Source: Eubacteriales bacterium
GTDB lineage: Bacteria > Bacillota > Clostridia > Oscillospirales > CAG-272
Assembly: GCA_045632805.1 (NCBI GenBank)
Contig: JAZQXI010000125.1
Coordinates: 1 to 61,135 of the forward strand
Length of the DNA stretch: 61,135 bases
Direction: 5' to 3'
Part shown: in pieces, positions 19,090 to 28,481 of the stretch
Numbering within the stretch: position 1 is the stretch's first letter
How the letters are laid out: every line of letters begins with the position of its first letter
Made by a program: the position numbers and the translations under genes
Notes under the pieces: model-generated
Database searches by the model: none
The model's input: only the letters and a program-made list of their open reading frames with translations
What the model was told of the DNA's origin: nothing

Positions 19090-19128
19090 AAAACGTCTCT
19101 CACTCTGAAACGAGCGGGAGACGTTTTT
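19090..19128. terminator. Bidirectional intrinsic terminator
   Basis: AAAACGTCTC...GAGACGTTTTT stem-loop between convergent genes. Confidence 0.7.
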
Positions 19129-19130
19129 GG

Positions 19131-19871
19131 TTATTTGGTTCTGACCATTTTCCCTTTGGCAAACGCATCAAGGAGTCGGGTGAAGAGGGGAATGCGGAGC
19201 AAAAAATACAGGATCATCGCGCCGCCCACGTTTAAGATCAAGTCATCAACGTCACAGGAACCGACCATAAACGCAAATTGAAGCGCTTCCACTAAGGAGA
19301 CGCTAAGAGCGAGGGTTGGCAAAAAGAAGTACCAATGTTTTTGCGCTTTCCAAAAGCGAGGAAGAAAGAAGGCAAAGGGCATAAACGCGCACATGTTGCC
19401 AAGAAGATTGAGCAGCATATAGTAGCTGTTAACGTAACCGTGCAAAAAGCCTTGAATATAGACCTGGTAAATACTGCGGAAGGGTTGCATGTTCACAAAG
19501 CGACTCATGTAGTAGTCGCGCCCACCGTCGGGATCATCGGAGAGAAGCGCATTTCGCCCCATTCCTTTATCCAAAAGGGTAAAGTTAAAGAGCATGTAGA
19601 GATAAAGAGCAAAAAAGAGCCACATCAAAACAGTCATCACGCGTCCGTTCTGCGTGCGATCCAAGTACAGCAATCCGCCAAGATAGAATAGTGTACAGAT
19701 CAACAGCATCAAAAACAAACGGAAGATGGCTGACTTCGGAAATTGATCGGCATGCAGATGCACCTGCCACTCGGAAAAGGCGAACAACAGCAAAAAGAGG
19801 GAAGCTGACAAAAACACCCAAAATTCAGCATGCCGCCAACCGGCTTCAAGCGGCTTGATCGGATTTTTCAT
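19131..19871 (-). CDS. VanZ-family membrane protein
   Basis: Multi-TM protein with the C-terminal VanZ-like signature EALQFAFMVGSCDVDDLILNVGGAM. Confidence 0.7.
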   Translation of the reverse strand: MKNPIKPLEAGWRHAEFWVFLSASLFLLLFAFSEWQVHLHADQFPKSAIFRLFLMLLICTLFYLGGLLYLDRTQNGRVMTVLMWLFFALYLYMLFNFTLLDKGMGRNALLSDDPDGGRDYYMSRFVNMQPFRSIYQVYIQGFLHGYVNSYYMLLNLLGNMCAFMPFAFFLPRFWKAQKHWYFFLPTLALSVSLVEALQFAFMVGSCDVDDLILNVGGAMILYFLLRIPLFTRLLDAFAKGKMVRTK

Positions 19872-20023
19872 ATGCGTACCCCCTTTCTGATTCTATGTAA
19901 AAAGTATAGCAGAAAACGCGCAAAAAGTCCATAGCTTTTTCGCAAAAAAATAGGTCTTTACAAAAAAGAATCTTTGTGCTATAATAAAGCTGACAGAATT
20001 TTACTGCGAAAGGAATTTTGATT

Positions 20024-20911
20024 ATGGATACGACGTTGGTCATTTTGGCGGCAGGGCTTGGCAGCCGCTTTGGCGGAAATAAACAGATCTCTCACGTAGG
20101 ACCTCACGGTGAGATTTTGATGGAGTATTCCATTCACGATGCCATTGAGGCGGGTTTTACGCAGATCGTCTTTATTTTGAAGGCGGATATGGTTGATATG
20201 ATCCGCGAAACAATCGGCAAGCGCTTGGAAGGGAAGGTACGAGTGGACTACGCTGTGCAGGACGACAGCACGCTTCCCGCATGGTATCACAAGCCCGAGG
20301 ACCGCACAAAACCCTTTGGTACGGTTCATGCCGTGCTTTGCGCGTCTGACGTGATTCAAGGCGCATTTGCAACGGTCAATGCCGATGATTATTACGGCAA
20401 AGAAGCATTTAAGATCATGCATGATCTGCTTCTTTCTCTCAAGGACGCAAACGATGCTTCCATGGTGCCGTATATCCTTGGCAACACGATGAGTGAAAAC
20501 GGCGGTGTCACGCGCGGAATCTGCAAGGTAGCGGACGGCAAGCTCGTTGATGTTGTGGAAACCAAAAACATTGAATACGCGCCCGACCGCTCCATCGTCA
20601 GCGATAACGGCTCTCTTCAAGGGGATGAGATGGTCTCCATGAACATGTGGGGCTTCCACAAGGATCTCCTTGTCCGCATGGATCAGTATTTTGAGGACTT
20701 TTTGCACGCCACTCCCGCCGATGACATCAAGGCGGAGTGTCTGCTTCCTATTATGGTCGGTGAATTCCTTGCAAAGGGGGACTTTACCGTTACCGCAAAA
20801 GCATCTCCCGACAAGTGGTTTGGCATCACCTATCAAGCCGACCGTGAGGTTGTGATGCAAAAGCTGGAAGAGCTGCACAACACGGGTGCATATCCCGAAA
20901 AGCTGTTTTAA
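20024..20911 (+). CDS. Sugar-phosphate nucleotidyltransferase family protein
   Basis: N-terminal LAAGLGSRFGG signature. ATG 20024 follows AAAGGA. Upstream promoter is TTTACA, 17 nt, TATAAT. Confidence 0.7.
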   Translation: MDTTLVILAAGLGSRFGGNKQISHVGPHGEILMEYSIHDAIEAGFTQIVFILKADMVDMIRETIGKRLEGKVRVDYAVQDDSTLPAWYHKPEDRTKPFGTVHAVLCASDVIQGAFATVNADDYYGKEAFKIMHDLLLSLKDANDASMVPYILGNTMSENGGVTRGICKVADGKLVDVVETKNIEYAPDRSIVSDNGSLQGDEMVSMNMWGFHKDLLVRMDQYFEDFLHATPADDIKAECLLPIMVGEFLAKGDFTVTAKASPDKWFGITYQADREVVMQKLEELHNTGAYPEKLF

Positions 20912-20920
20912 TCAAAAAAA

Positions 20921-20993
20921 GGGTGTTTCATAGTGAATTTGCACCACTTTGTGCTGTCCGTACAAAGTGGTGCAGTTCATTTGAGACACCCCC
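20921..20993. terminator. Nested long hairpin between convergent genes (inner TGCACCACTTTG/CAAAGTGGTGCA, outer GGGTGT/ACACCC)
   Basis: Read directly. Its 3' end, CATTTGAGACACCCCC, is identical to the 3' end of the hairpin at 37330-37370. Confidence 0.6.
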
Positions 20994-22537
20994 TATTTTT
21001 TTAACAATCCCAAGATCCATGCGCGGTCCTCGCGGTCAAGTGAGCCGGAGAGCAACAAAAAAAGAAGATAAAGAACTAACAGCAGAATTCCGTGGACAAC
21101 AAGGGAGCAAACAAGATCTCCAAAAAGTAATCCGGTTTTAGAAAGGAACAAACGCGTCAGCGCCGTGGCGCATACAATAGAGATGAGTGGCTTGTAGATC
21201 CATTTGAATAAGCGTACAGGCGTTTGGCTGATGCTCAAAAGATGTGTTACACTGCAAACGGTGTTGAAAAGCTCCGAAATATAGACCGTTGCAAGATAGC
21301 CGCGAATTCCCATACGCGGAATCAAAAACGAAACCAGAATCACCGAGATCAAAGCATCCGCAATATTGATCTTCATCGAAAACACCTGCTCGCCAAGTCC
21401 CTTCATCATGGCATCGGTTGCCGTGTCTACGTACATGATAGGGATCAGAGGTGCCAGTACGCGGATGTAATAGCCCGCATCGGTGTTGGGATAAAGAAGG
21501 GTTCCAAGCTCGTTTGAAAAGGTAATCAGGACTCCCGCAACACCAATGGAAAACAGCATGGAAAGAGACCAAACACGCGAAATCATGTACTGCACGTGCC
21601 GACGGCTATTCTGTATCCCCGCTTCGGCAAGCTCAGGCACCAGAAGCCCTGAAAATGAGGAGATCAGCGCGGCGGGATAGAGGATCACGGGGAGCGCCAT
21701 ACCTTGGATGCTTCCGTATGCGATCAAAGCATTTTGATGACTGGTCCCGCTTTGTCGCAGTGCGTGGGGAATGAGAATATGCTGTAGCGTAATCAGTCCC
21801 GAACGGATATAGGCGGTAAAAGCAACGGGCAGACTGATGGAAAGCAGCTTTCGCCCTTCCAAACGACCGCTGTCACGGTCTTGGACGGCAAAGTGCTTGC
21901 GGCGGTCAAGGCGATAGAGTAAAAACGCGGCGGAAAAGGAGAGAATCTCCGCCACAGCTCCCCCTGCCACCAAGGCACAGCAGGTGCTTTCCACGTCACG
22001 GGCGAATACGGCGGTCAAAAGATAGACGGTCACACCGATCTTAACTGCCTGCTCCATGACCTGTACGGCGGCATTTTTGTATGGACGGCGCACCGCCGTA
22101 AAATAACCGCTCCAAGCAGAGGAAAGAGCAATCAAGGGGAGCGTCAAGGAAAGCAAACGGAGAGAGGAAACGGTTCGTACGTCGCGCAGGCAAAGCGTTC
22201 CGATCGGTTCTGAAAGAGAAAACAGCAGGACGGATGCCAACAGACCGAAAAAGAGTGTATACACTGTGGCGCGCTTCATCGCGGGAAGGATCCGTTGCGG
22301 CTTGTTCGTTCCGACGGAATCCACTACAAGGCGCGTCACCCCCAAGTGGATCCCCGAGGTCGCAAGTGTCAAAGCGAATCCGTAGACTCCCGAAAGCAGG
22401 GAAAACAGCCCCATTGCTTCAGCCCCCGCGCGTCCGGAAATATAGACTTGAAAGCAGACGCCAACCGTCCGCATCAAAAGGGAAGCGGCGGTTAGCAAAA
22501 TGGCATTCCAAAAAAGCTGTTTGGCATGTGTTTTCAT
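20993..22537 (-). CDS. spoVB: Stage V sporulation protein B-like MOP/MurJ-family flippase
   Basis: About 14 TM helices. N-terminus LLMRTVGVCFQVYISGRAGAEAMGLFSL is typical of SpoVB. GAGGTG RBS before ATG 22537. Confidence 0.7.
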   Translation of the reverse strand: MKTHAKQLFWNAILLTAASLLMRTVGVCFQVYISGRAGAEAMGLFSLLSGVYGFALTLATSGIHLGVTRLVVDSVGTNKPQRILPAMKRATVYTLFFGLLASVLLFSLSEPIGTLCLRDVRTVSSLRLLSLTLPLIALSSAWSGYFTAVRRPYKNAAVQVMEQAVKIGVTVYLLTAVFARDVESTCCALVAGGAVAEILSFSAAFLLYRLDRRKHFAVQDRDSGRLEGRKLLSISLPVAFTAYIRSGLITLQHILIPHALRQSGTSHQNALIAYGSIQGMALPVILYPAALISSFSGLLVPELAEAGIQNSRRHVQYMISRVWSLSMLFSIGVAGVLITFSNELGTLLYPNTDAGYYIRVLAPLIPIMYVDTATDAMMKGLGEQVFSMKINIADALISVILVSFLIPRMGIRGYLATVYISELFNTVCSVTHLLSISQTPVRLFKWIYKPLISIVCATALTRLFLSKTGLLFGDLVCSLVVHGILLLVLYLLFLLLSGSLDREDRAWILGLLKK

Positions 22538-22728
22538 AGGGGGATTACACCTCATCACGGATTATCAATCTATTGTATGAGCAAAAGAAACGGAATATTT
22601 GTAATTTTTCGGCGCTTTTTGTGCGAGATCATAAAATCTTGAAAAATATAAAAACAGATATTGACAAAATACGCCGTCTGTTATATGATATATACTGTTT
22701 GAAATTTATATAAAGGAGAAAATGTAGT

Positions 22729-22911
22729 ATGACGATTCACATTTGTGAGCTGTGCGGATATGAGTACGATCCGCGCATGGGAGACGTTGACAGCGGAATT
22801 GAGGAGGGAACGGATTTTGAGGATCTTCCCGCCGATTGGGTATGTCCCTTGTGTGGGGCTTCCAAGGAGGATTTTACCGAAGAGAGTCGCGAAATAGAAG
22901 AGGAATATTAA
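22729..22911 (+). CDS. Rubredoxin
   Basis: [10 protein letters not shown]...DWVCPLCGA double CxxC motifs. 60 aa. Confidence 0.9.
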   Translation: MTIHICELCGYEYDPRMGDVDSGIEEGTDFEDLPADWVCPLCGASKEDFTEESREIEEEY

Positions 22912-22916
22912 ACAGA

Positions 22917-22955
22917 CAAAATGCGTGGGAAGAACAATCTTCACACGCATTTTTT
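22917..22955 (+). terminator. Intrinsic terminator after the rubredoxin gene
   Basis: AAAATGCGTG...CACGCATTTTTT. Confidence 0.7.
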
Positions 22956-23051
22956 CAAAAAGTGTTGAAAAATGGAAAAAAATGTGATATAATAATTTAT
23001 TATGAGTCGAAAGCTCGAAAAATACGCAGATATACGTAGGAGAGAAGCCTT

Positions 23052-23603
23052 ATGATCCGCGCTTTACCGAACATCATCACCTCCTTCCGCATCCTTGGAA
23101 CACTGGTGCTGTTCTTTTTGGAGCCGCTGTCCCCGGCTTTTTACATCATCTATACTTTGGCAGGAATCAGCGACGTGCTGGACGGATGCATCGCCCGTGG
23201 ATTTCATCTGACGAGCGACCTTGGCGCACGCCTTGATAGCATTGCAGACATCCTGTTTTATGCCGTGATGCTATTTAAGATCTTTCCCGTTTTGTGGGCA
23301 TTGCTTCCCATCGGCATCTGGATTGCTCTGGCATGCGTGCTTTTGATCCGCTTGGCATCTTATATTGTGGGGGCGATCAAGTATCATCGCTTTGTTTCCA
23401 TTCATACCTATCTCAACAAGATCACAGGACTTTCCGTGTTTGCAGCACCCTATTTCATTCAATTGCCCGAGACCATTGCGGTCATCCTTTGCGGAACGGT
23501 TTGCGGCATCGGCGGTGTTGCGTCTTTAGAGGAACTGATCATCCATCTGCGCTCCAAGGACTACCAAAGCGCACCCAAATCGATTTTTTGTCGGAACAGA
23601 TAA
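23052..23603 (+). CDS. CDP-alcohol phosphatidyltransferase family protein
   Basis: DVLDGCIARGFHLTSDLGARLDSIAD matches the D(x)2DG(x)2AR...G(x)3D(x)3D motif. Confidence 0.85.
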   Translation: MIRALPNIITSFRILGTLVLFFLEPLSPAFYIIYTLAGISDVLDGCIARGFHLTSDLGARLDSIADILFYAVMLFKIFPVLWALLPIGIWIALACVLLIRLASYIVGAIKYHRFVSIHTYLNKITGLSVFAAPYFIQLPETIAVILCGTVCGIGGVASLEELIIHLRSKDYQSAPKSIFCRNR

Positions 23604-23671
23604 ACCTGAAATGACTGCTTCAAAAAACATGAGGCAGTCCTTTTTATCAGAAATGAAAGGAAAGAACGAAC

Positions 23672-24442
23672 ATGGCAACGCTGCATTTTTTAGGTACCTG
23701 CTCGGGGACTGAACCGATGGTGGGAATGCATCACACCTCTACTGTGTTAGAGGTCAACGGAAGCTATTATTGGTTTGATGCGGGGGAGAATTGCTCCTAC
23801 ACCGCCTATCTTTCGGGAATTGACGTACTGAAAACGCGCGCAATTGTATTTTCGCATATGCATATTGATCACACGGGCGGTCTTGCCAATCTGTTCTTTT
23901 GCATTCAAAAGATGATCGCTTTGGGGAAGGGAAATCCTGCATATGATCCGATTGCGATCTATGCCCCCGACCTTGAGATCATCCGTGCCGTCAAATGCGT
24001 GGCAAGCACGAATCGTTGTGATTCGCTCCGCTTTTCAACCGAGGACATCCAAACGAAGGACGGCTTGTTGTTTGAGGACGAAAACATCCGTGTGACCGCG
24101 CTCCATAACCGCCATCTCGGAGAGGACGGTACAAACGGATGGCACTCCTACTCCTTTTTGGTGGAATGTGATGGGAAGAAGATGATCCTCTCCGGTGACG
24201 TGGCGTCTCCCGAGGAGCTGTTACCCTTGATGAAAGACGGATGTGACCTGTGGATCATGGAAACGGGGCATCATAAGGTAAAAGATGTTTGTGATTTCGC
24301 ACAGGCACACGCCATTCCGCACCTGCGCTTTACCCACCACGGGCGCGAGATCATCGGTGACCGCAAAGCGGCAGAGACCCTCATCCGTTCCTATCCGTTT
24401 GATATTAAGCTTGCCTATGACGGGATGACAGAGGAGATATAA
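23672..24442 (+). CDS. MBL-fold metallo-hydrolase
   Basis: HMHIDHTGG metal-binding motif and a later ETGHH. Confidence 0.75.
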   Translation: MATLHFLGTCSGTEPMVGMHHTSTVLEVNGSYYWFDAGENCSYTAYLSGIDVLKTRAIVFSHMHIDHTGGLANLFFCIQKMIALGKGNPAYDPIAIYAPDLEIIRAVKCVASTNRCDSLRFSTEDIQTKDGLLFEDENIRVTALHNRHLGEDGTNGWHSYSFLVECDGKKMILSGDVASPEELLPLMKDGCDLWIMETGHHKVKDVCDFAQAHAIPHLRFTHHGREIIGDRKAAETLIRSYPFDIKLAYDGMTEEI

Positions 24443-24446
24443 TACC

Positions 24447-24492
24447 AAAAGAAGTCCTACCCGCTCCATTGGCGTTGGTAGGACTTCTTGGT
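24447..24492 (+). terminator. Intrinsic terminator after the MBL hydrolase gene
   Basis: AAGAAGTCCTACC...GGTAGGACTTCTT. Confidence 0.65.
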
Positions 24493-24565
24493 CGAATCTC
24501 CAAACACCGTTCACACAGACTCTATCGGCACAGTGTGAACGATGTTAAATTGTCAATAAAATCGG

Positions 24566-27259
24566 TCAAGGCTTCAGAGCTTGATTGATTTCAAGTCCAA
24601 AGGCAATGCTGACAAAATTTTGTAAAGAGGAACCCTCTGAAACGAGTTCTCCTGCGGCGATATCCTCCTCCGTGATCTTGGCGTACAGGATATGACCGTA
24701 TTTGGCACGCTCGTAATCATATTGGATATATATGGAGCCGTCTGCACCTTCGGTCATGTCCGGGTAGGAAACCTTGTTGCGTGAATCGATGGTGAGCCCA
24801 CCATACCAGGTCTTTCCGTCATCGTCGGAGAGGAATACTGTCAGATCATAGCGCGTGGCAGTCTCGGTATCGATGGTTTTGCCATGCTTGATCAAGATCA
24901 GCCTGCCTGAGGCGAGGCGACGAATGCAAAAACGGGAGCTGGTATGTGCGATTTCGGATTCAATTGGGGTGCTCCACGTAAAGCCTTTGTCTGAACTTTG
25001 TGCAATGTAAAGACCGTCGTAGGTGCGGCCGTACATGGTCAGTGTTCCGTCTTCTTGCTCAACCACCATATGCTCATCAAAAGCAGTATTTGGGAACACG
25101 ACCATGCCGCGCGCTTCCCACGTCTTGCCTTGATCGGAGGAGGCATAGACCCATGCGCCGCGTTCATCATCTAATTCACGGTAGCAATTGTTGAATTGAG
25201 CACTGATGGCTTTTCTGGGCCATAGCGAGACATTCATCAACCACGTTCCGTCAGAGAGGACGATCGGTTTATTGAGGGACATTCCATAGGAAATGTATAC
25301 GGGATCGGTCCAGACGAGTGTCTCTGCATCGGGATTATCACAGCGGATGTACCAGTTACTACTTTTTCCATCGAACTGTCCTAGACTTTGATTAAAGAAG
25401 AGCCAAAGTCGCCCCAACGGGTCCAACCAAAGGTTTCCTACAATGGTAGAGCGTGCTAACGGAAGCTCAGCACTGTGGGGATCGATCACAAGGATGGGAT
25501 CGCTCCAAGTTGCACCGTCGGTGTCGCTTTTTGCAACTACAAAGAATGCTTCCTCGCTGTCGCCGCCACCGACCCAGCAACTAAAGAGTCGTCCTCCGTT
25601 TGTGCGCTCGATGCCAATGGTCATGGCGTAGTCGAGGTTATCGTAGCTATATGCGGGCAGAGGAGAGGTGTTGATCACGGGCGTTGCTTCGCCCAGTGCC
25701 AGTATTTCGGGGGTAATGGTTGCACTTGTAGAGGAGTACAGGCGTTGCGAGGGATCGGAGCCATTGTAATAATTGAGCTGGTCTGTGGCGTAATTCGAGC
25801 TAACCTCGGTTGCGCTGAGCTCACGGTCATAAAAACGGATATCGTAGTATTCGCACAGAGCAAGGCGACTCTCCGTTCCGGAATCATCGTTGAGAATGAG
25901 GGTGTCGGATGTAAGGAGTGCAGTTGCCGCCGCGCGTGTAACCTCTGTACCGTTAACGTAGAGAATAGCTTCTCCATTAAGCTTAAAGGTTACTGTAATG
26001 GTCATGTTGTAAGGAAGATCGCAAACGTGAATCAGACGTTCAGCACTCTTTCCTCTCCAAAACTGAAGCTGCTGATTGTATTTGTTGTAGTAGATTGTGC
26101 ATTTGTCGTTGCGGCTCCAAAGGAATGCTGGATTGGGCTTTGCCACGGAGGATGCAATGTCAAAGCTACCGATAGCCAACTCAATGCTGAATTCCTTTTG
26201 TCTGACAAGTTCAGCAAGCGTTTCAGGAAGGATTACAGCATCTTTGTCGATGGCGTAGGAATATCCCGTCCAAAAGCCGTTGTCCAGAGGAACAGAGGTG
26301 ATGGTGTTTCCGTTTCCGCTCAAATCGTACCAAGAAGTTGAGTTCTTGTCAAGATTGCCGTTTGCAGTATTGATTTTGCCACTGTAGTGAGCAAACAAAT
26401 TTTGTGTAATATAGTTTTCCAATTCGATGGGCTCCTCCTCGCTGGCTTCTTCATAGATCGCCGTGTAAGTCTCATTGACTGCCCCTACGGTGATGGTTGC
26501 GGTGCGCTCACGACTCACAACACCGCGAACACTGTTTTGCCAATATGCAAAGGGAATTCCGTTGACATCTGTTGAGGGAGCGGTAATTTCAACCGGTGTA
26601 CCTTTGAGATACAAGCCACTTGTGCAACCGTCAGATGTCAGTGTTCCGTTGGTCAAATTGATCTGATAAAACTCGCCGTTGGCAGGACGATCTGTGCGGT
26701 AGTTAAAGTATGTCTGGGCGGATGCTCCGTAGTCCAACAGATCCGACAGCAGTGCAGTCAGATTTTGATCGCTTGAGCCGACTGCGGTTTTTCCCAACAT
26801 ATTGTAGGCGTATTGCAGAACGCTGTATTTTTTTAGATTGCTGTAGTAGATCTCGCCGTTAATCCGCAGAAAAGCGCGAGCGTAAATGTCATCGGTCATT
26901 TGCTTTGCCGCGAGTTCCTTGTATTCAAAAACGTAGTATTCGGAAGCTTCAATTACGGTTTTTCCTGAGGTTGAAAGTGCCAAAGCCTCGCTACCGAGTT
27001 CGTATGAGGTTGAAGGATTTGTCCAGAATAACATGCCGAAATCCTTGTTCGAAATCGTTGCGGGATCTATGTCTTTCAAAGATACCGCATATAAAATCTG
27101 TACGTTTTCTTCAAATTGTAAATTGCAAAAGTCGATCGAAAGCATGGGAGGAGAGGTGGGGCTTAACGATTCGGCGCTTACGAACATTATCGCATTCGAA
27201 AAAAGCATTGCTACGCAGAGAACGAGTGTGAGTGCTGTTTTGTTTTTCATCTTTTTCAT
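24566..27259 (-). CDS. Secreted LamG-domain + BNR/Asp-box (sialidase-like beta-propeller) glycoside hydrolase-like protein
   Basis: Signal peptide MKNKTALTLVLCVAMLFSNAIMFVSA. Four Asp-boxes: SDTDGATW, SSDQGKTW, SSDKGFTW and SDDDGKTW. The start is either ATG 27259 (ATGA overlap with the upstream small ORF) or ATG 27250. The 27295 start in the track is unlikely. Confidence 0.75.
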   Translation of the reverse strand: MKKMKNKTALTLVLCVAMLFSNAIMFVSAESLSPTSPPMLSIDFCNLQFEENVQILYAVSLKDIDPATISNKDFGMLFWTNPSTSYELGSEALALSTSGKTVIEASEYYVFEYKELAAKQMTDDIYARAFLRINGEIYYSNLKKYSVLQYAYNMLGKTAVGSSDQNLTALLSDLLDYGASAQTYFNYRTDRPANGEFYQINLTNGTLTSDGCTSGLYLKGTPVEITAPSTDVNGIPFAYWQNSVRGVVSRERTATITVGAVNETYTAIYEEASEEEPIELENYITQNLFAHYSGKINTANGNLDKNSTSWYDLSGNGNTITSVPLDNGFWTGYSYAIDKDAVILPETLAELVRQKEFSIELAIGSFDIASSVAKPNPAFLWSRNDKCTIYYNKYNQQLQFWRGKSAERLIHVCDLPYNMTITVTFKLNGEAILYVNGTEVTRAAATALLTSDTLILNDDSGTESRLALCEYYDIRFYDRELSATEVSSNYATDQLNYYNGSDPSQRLYSSTSATITPEILALGEATPVINTSPLPAYSYDNLDYAMTIGIERTNGGRLFSCWVGGGDSEEAFFVVAKSDTDGATWSDPILVIDPHSAELPLARSTIVGNLWLDPLGRLWLFFNQSLGQFDGKSSNWYIRCDNPDAETLVWTDPVYISYGMSLNKPIVLSDGTWLMNVSLWPRKAISAQFNNCYRELDDERGAWVYASSDQGKTWEARGMVVFPNTAFDEHMVVEQEDGTLTMYGRTYDGLYIAQSSDKGFTWSTPIESEIAHTSSRFCIRRLASGRLILIKHGKTIDTETATRYDLTVFLSDDDGKTWYGGLTIDSRNKVSYPDMTEGADGSIYIQYDYERAKYGHILYAKITEEDIAAGELVSEGSSLQNFVSIAFGLEINQALKP

Positions 27260-27423
27260 CCTTTCTTGATTTTTGAGCATGAAACCGGATCCCATTCTCC
27301 GGGGTTACTTGGCAAAAAATCACCGGAGTCGATGCCGGAGGCGCGGATGACATCCTCGCTGTCAAAATATATGACTGTCATTTTTGCCGATTCATAAGGC
27401 TGGTGTTTGCTTCTTCTTTTCAT
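27256..27423 (-). CDS. Small ORF (55 aa) not in the supplied track: MKRRSKHQPYESAKMTVIYFDSEDVIRASGIDSGDFLPSNPGEWDPVSCSKIKKG
   Basis: I translated it by hand from the reverse strand. A GGAAAGGAGAA Shine-Dalgarno sequence lies 6 nt upstream of ATG 27423. Its TGA overlaps an ATG of the LamG/BNR gene (ATGA). Confidence 0.5.
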   Translation of the reverse strand: MKRRSKHQPYESAKMTVIYFDSEDVIRASGIDSGDFLPSNPGEWDPVSCSKIKKG

Positions 27424-27550
27424 AATAAGTTCTCCTTTCCTATAATTATCTTTATTATATCAGATAGGATTTGAAATGGAAATTGCTAAATATATTCAAA
27501 ACATTGACTAATATACTGCATTGTGCTATAATAACAATGAGGTGATAAAA

Positions 27551-28396
27551 ATGCAAGAAGTTTTTTCAAAATGTATGGAAAGTGAAGGATTGCGTTTTAA
27601 ATATGCGCGCGGAATGCGGGATATCAAGGGACGGGAATTTCATCTGTACCATGAATTTTTGCTGCTTAAAGCCGGTGATGCAGAGTTGATCTCCGATAAA
27701 AACAGAGTCCACCTTCTTCCCAATACGCTTGTTATTATCCCGCGCGAGCAATTTCACCAGTTTGTAGTATATGGCAGAGAGGAAAACTACTGTCGTTGTG
27801 TGGTCAGTGTTGAACATTTGCCTCGTTTTTCTCCTTTGTTGGATGCTAAGATAAGGGACGTACATGTACTGCATGCGGGGAAGGAAATCGTAGCACTTTT
27901 TGACGAAATGATTCAAGGAATGCATCTATATTCTACTGAACAGGAGCGCACGTTTTTTTTGGATGCAATGGTATCATTACTGTTATTGCGACTGGATACA
28001 CCGACAGAATCGGTGTCAACTGAAACGATACAATCCTTTAACCGCATTACCTATGAGGCGTTGCAATATATTGATACACACATCACGGAGGCAATTAAAA
28101 TTTTGGATATTGCTACACACATCCATATATCAGTTTCACGCTTGAATCATGTGTTCAAGAAGGATCTGAATATATCGGTGCATTCCTATATTTTGAAGAA
28201 AAAGCTTATTTTCGCCAATCATAGAATTAGCATGGGAATTCCGCCCACCAAGATCATCGAAGAGTGTGGTTTTTCGGACTATTCGGGATTTTACAAGCAG
28301 TATGTTAAAATGTTCGGGTGTACTCCTTCCGGCAAAAACGAACAGAAGAAAAAATATCAAAAAAAGAAAAACAACTTTTCACAAAGAGACGATTGA
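27551..28396 (+). CDS. AraC-family transcriptional regulator
   Basis: Cupin-like N-terminus and a C-terminal HTH (ILDIATHIHISVSRLNHVFKK...ECGFSDYSGFYKQY). GAGGTGA RBS. Markedly AT-rich. Confidence 0.8.
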   Translation: MQEVFSKCMESEGLRFKYARGMRDIKGREFHLYHEFLLLKAGDAELISDKNRVHLLPNTLVIIPREQFHQFVVYGREENYCRCVVSVEHLPRFSPLLDAKIRDVHVLHAGKEIVALFDEMIQGMHLYSTEQERTFFLDAMVSLLLLRLDTPTESVSTETIQSFNRITYEALQYIDTHITEAIKILDIATHIHISVSRLNHVFKKDLNISVHSYILKKKLIFANHRISMGIPPTKIIEECGFSDYSGFYKQYVKMFGCTPSGKNEQKKKYQKKKNNFSQRDD

Positions 28397-28422
28397 AACA
28401 CACCGTTTCATATAAAAAATAA

Positions 28423-28462
28423 GTGGATGAGTCAAATGCAAAAAAGCATTTGACTCATCCAC
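28423..28462. terminator. 17-bp perfect hairpin GTGGATGAGTCAAATGC-AAAAAA-GCATTTGACTCATCCAC
   Basis: Read directly between convergent genes. It shares the GAGTCAAATGC core with 8808-8847. Confidence 0.6.
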
Positions 28463-28481
28463 TATATACATTCTATTCTTC

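Noticed and set aside
16769-19090. A 773-aa ORF on the minus strand spanning the esterase 3' end, uxaC and the TIM-barrel gene
   Set aside because: It lies in the codon-aligned antisense frame of uxaC and the TIM-barrel gene. Both start at positions congruent to 2 mod 3, as do the antisense codons. Stops in that frame require the sense codons TTA, CTA or TCA, which these genes evidently avoid. It has no RBS and no recognisable protein features, and it ends as soon as the sense frame changes.
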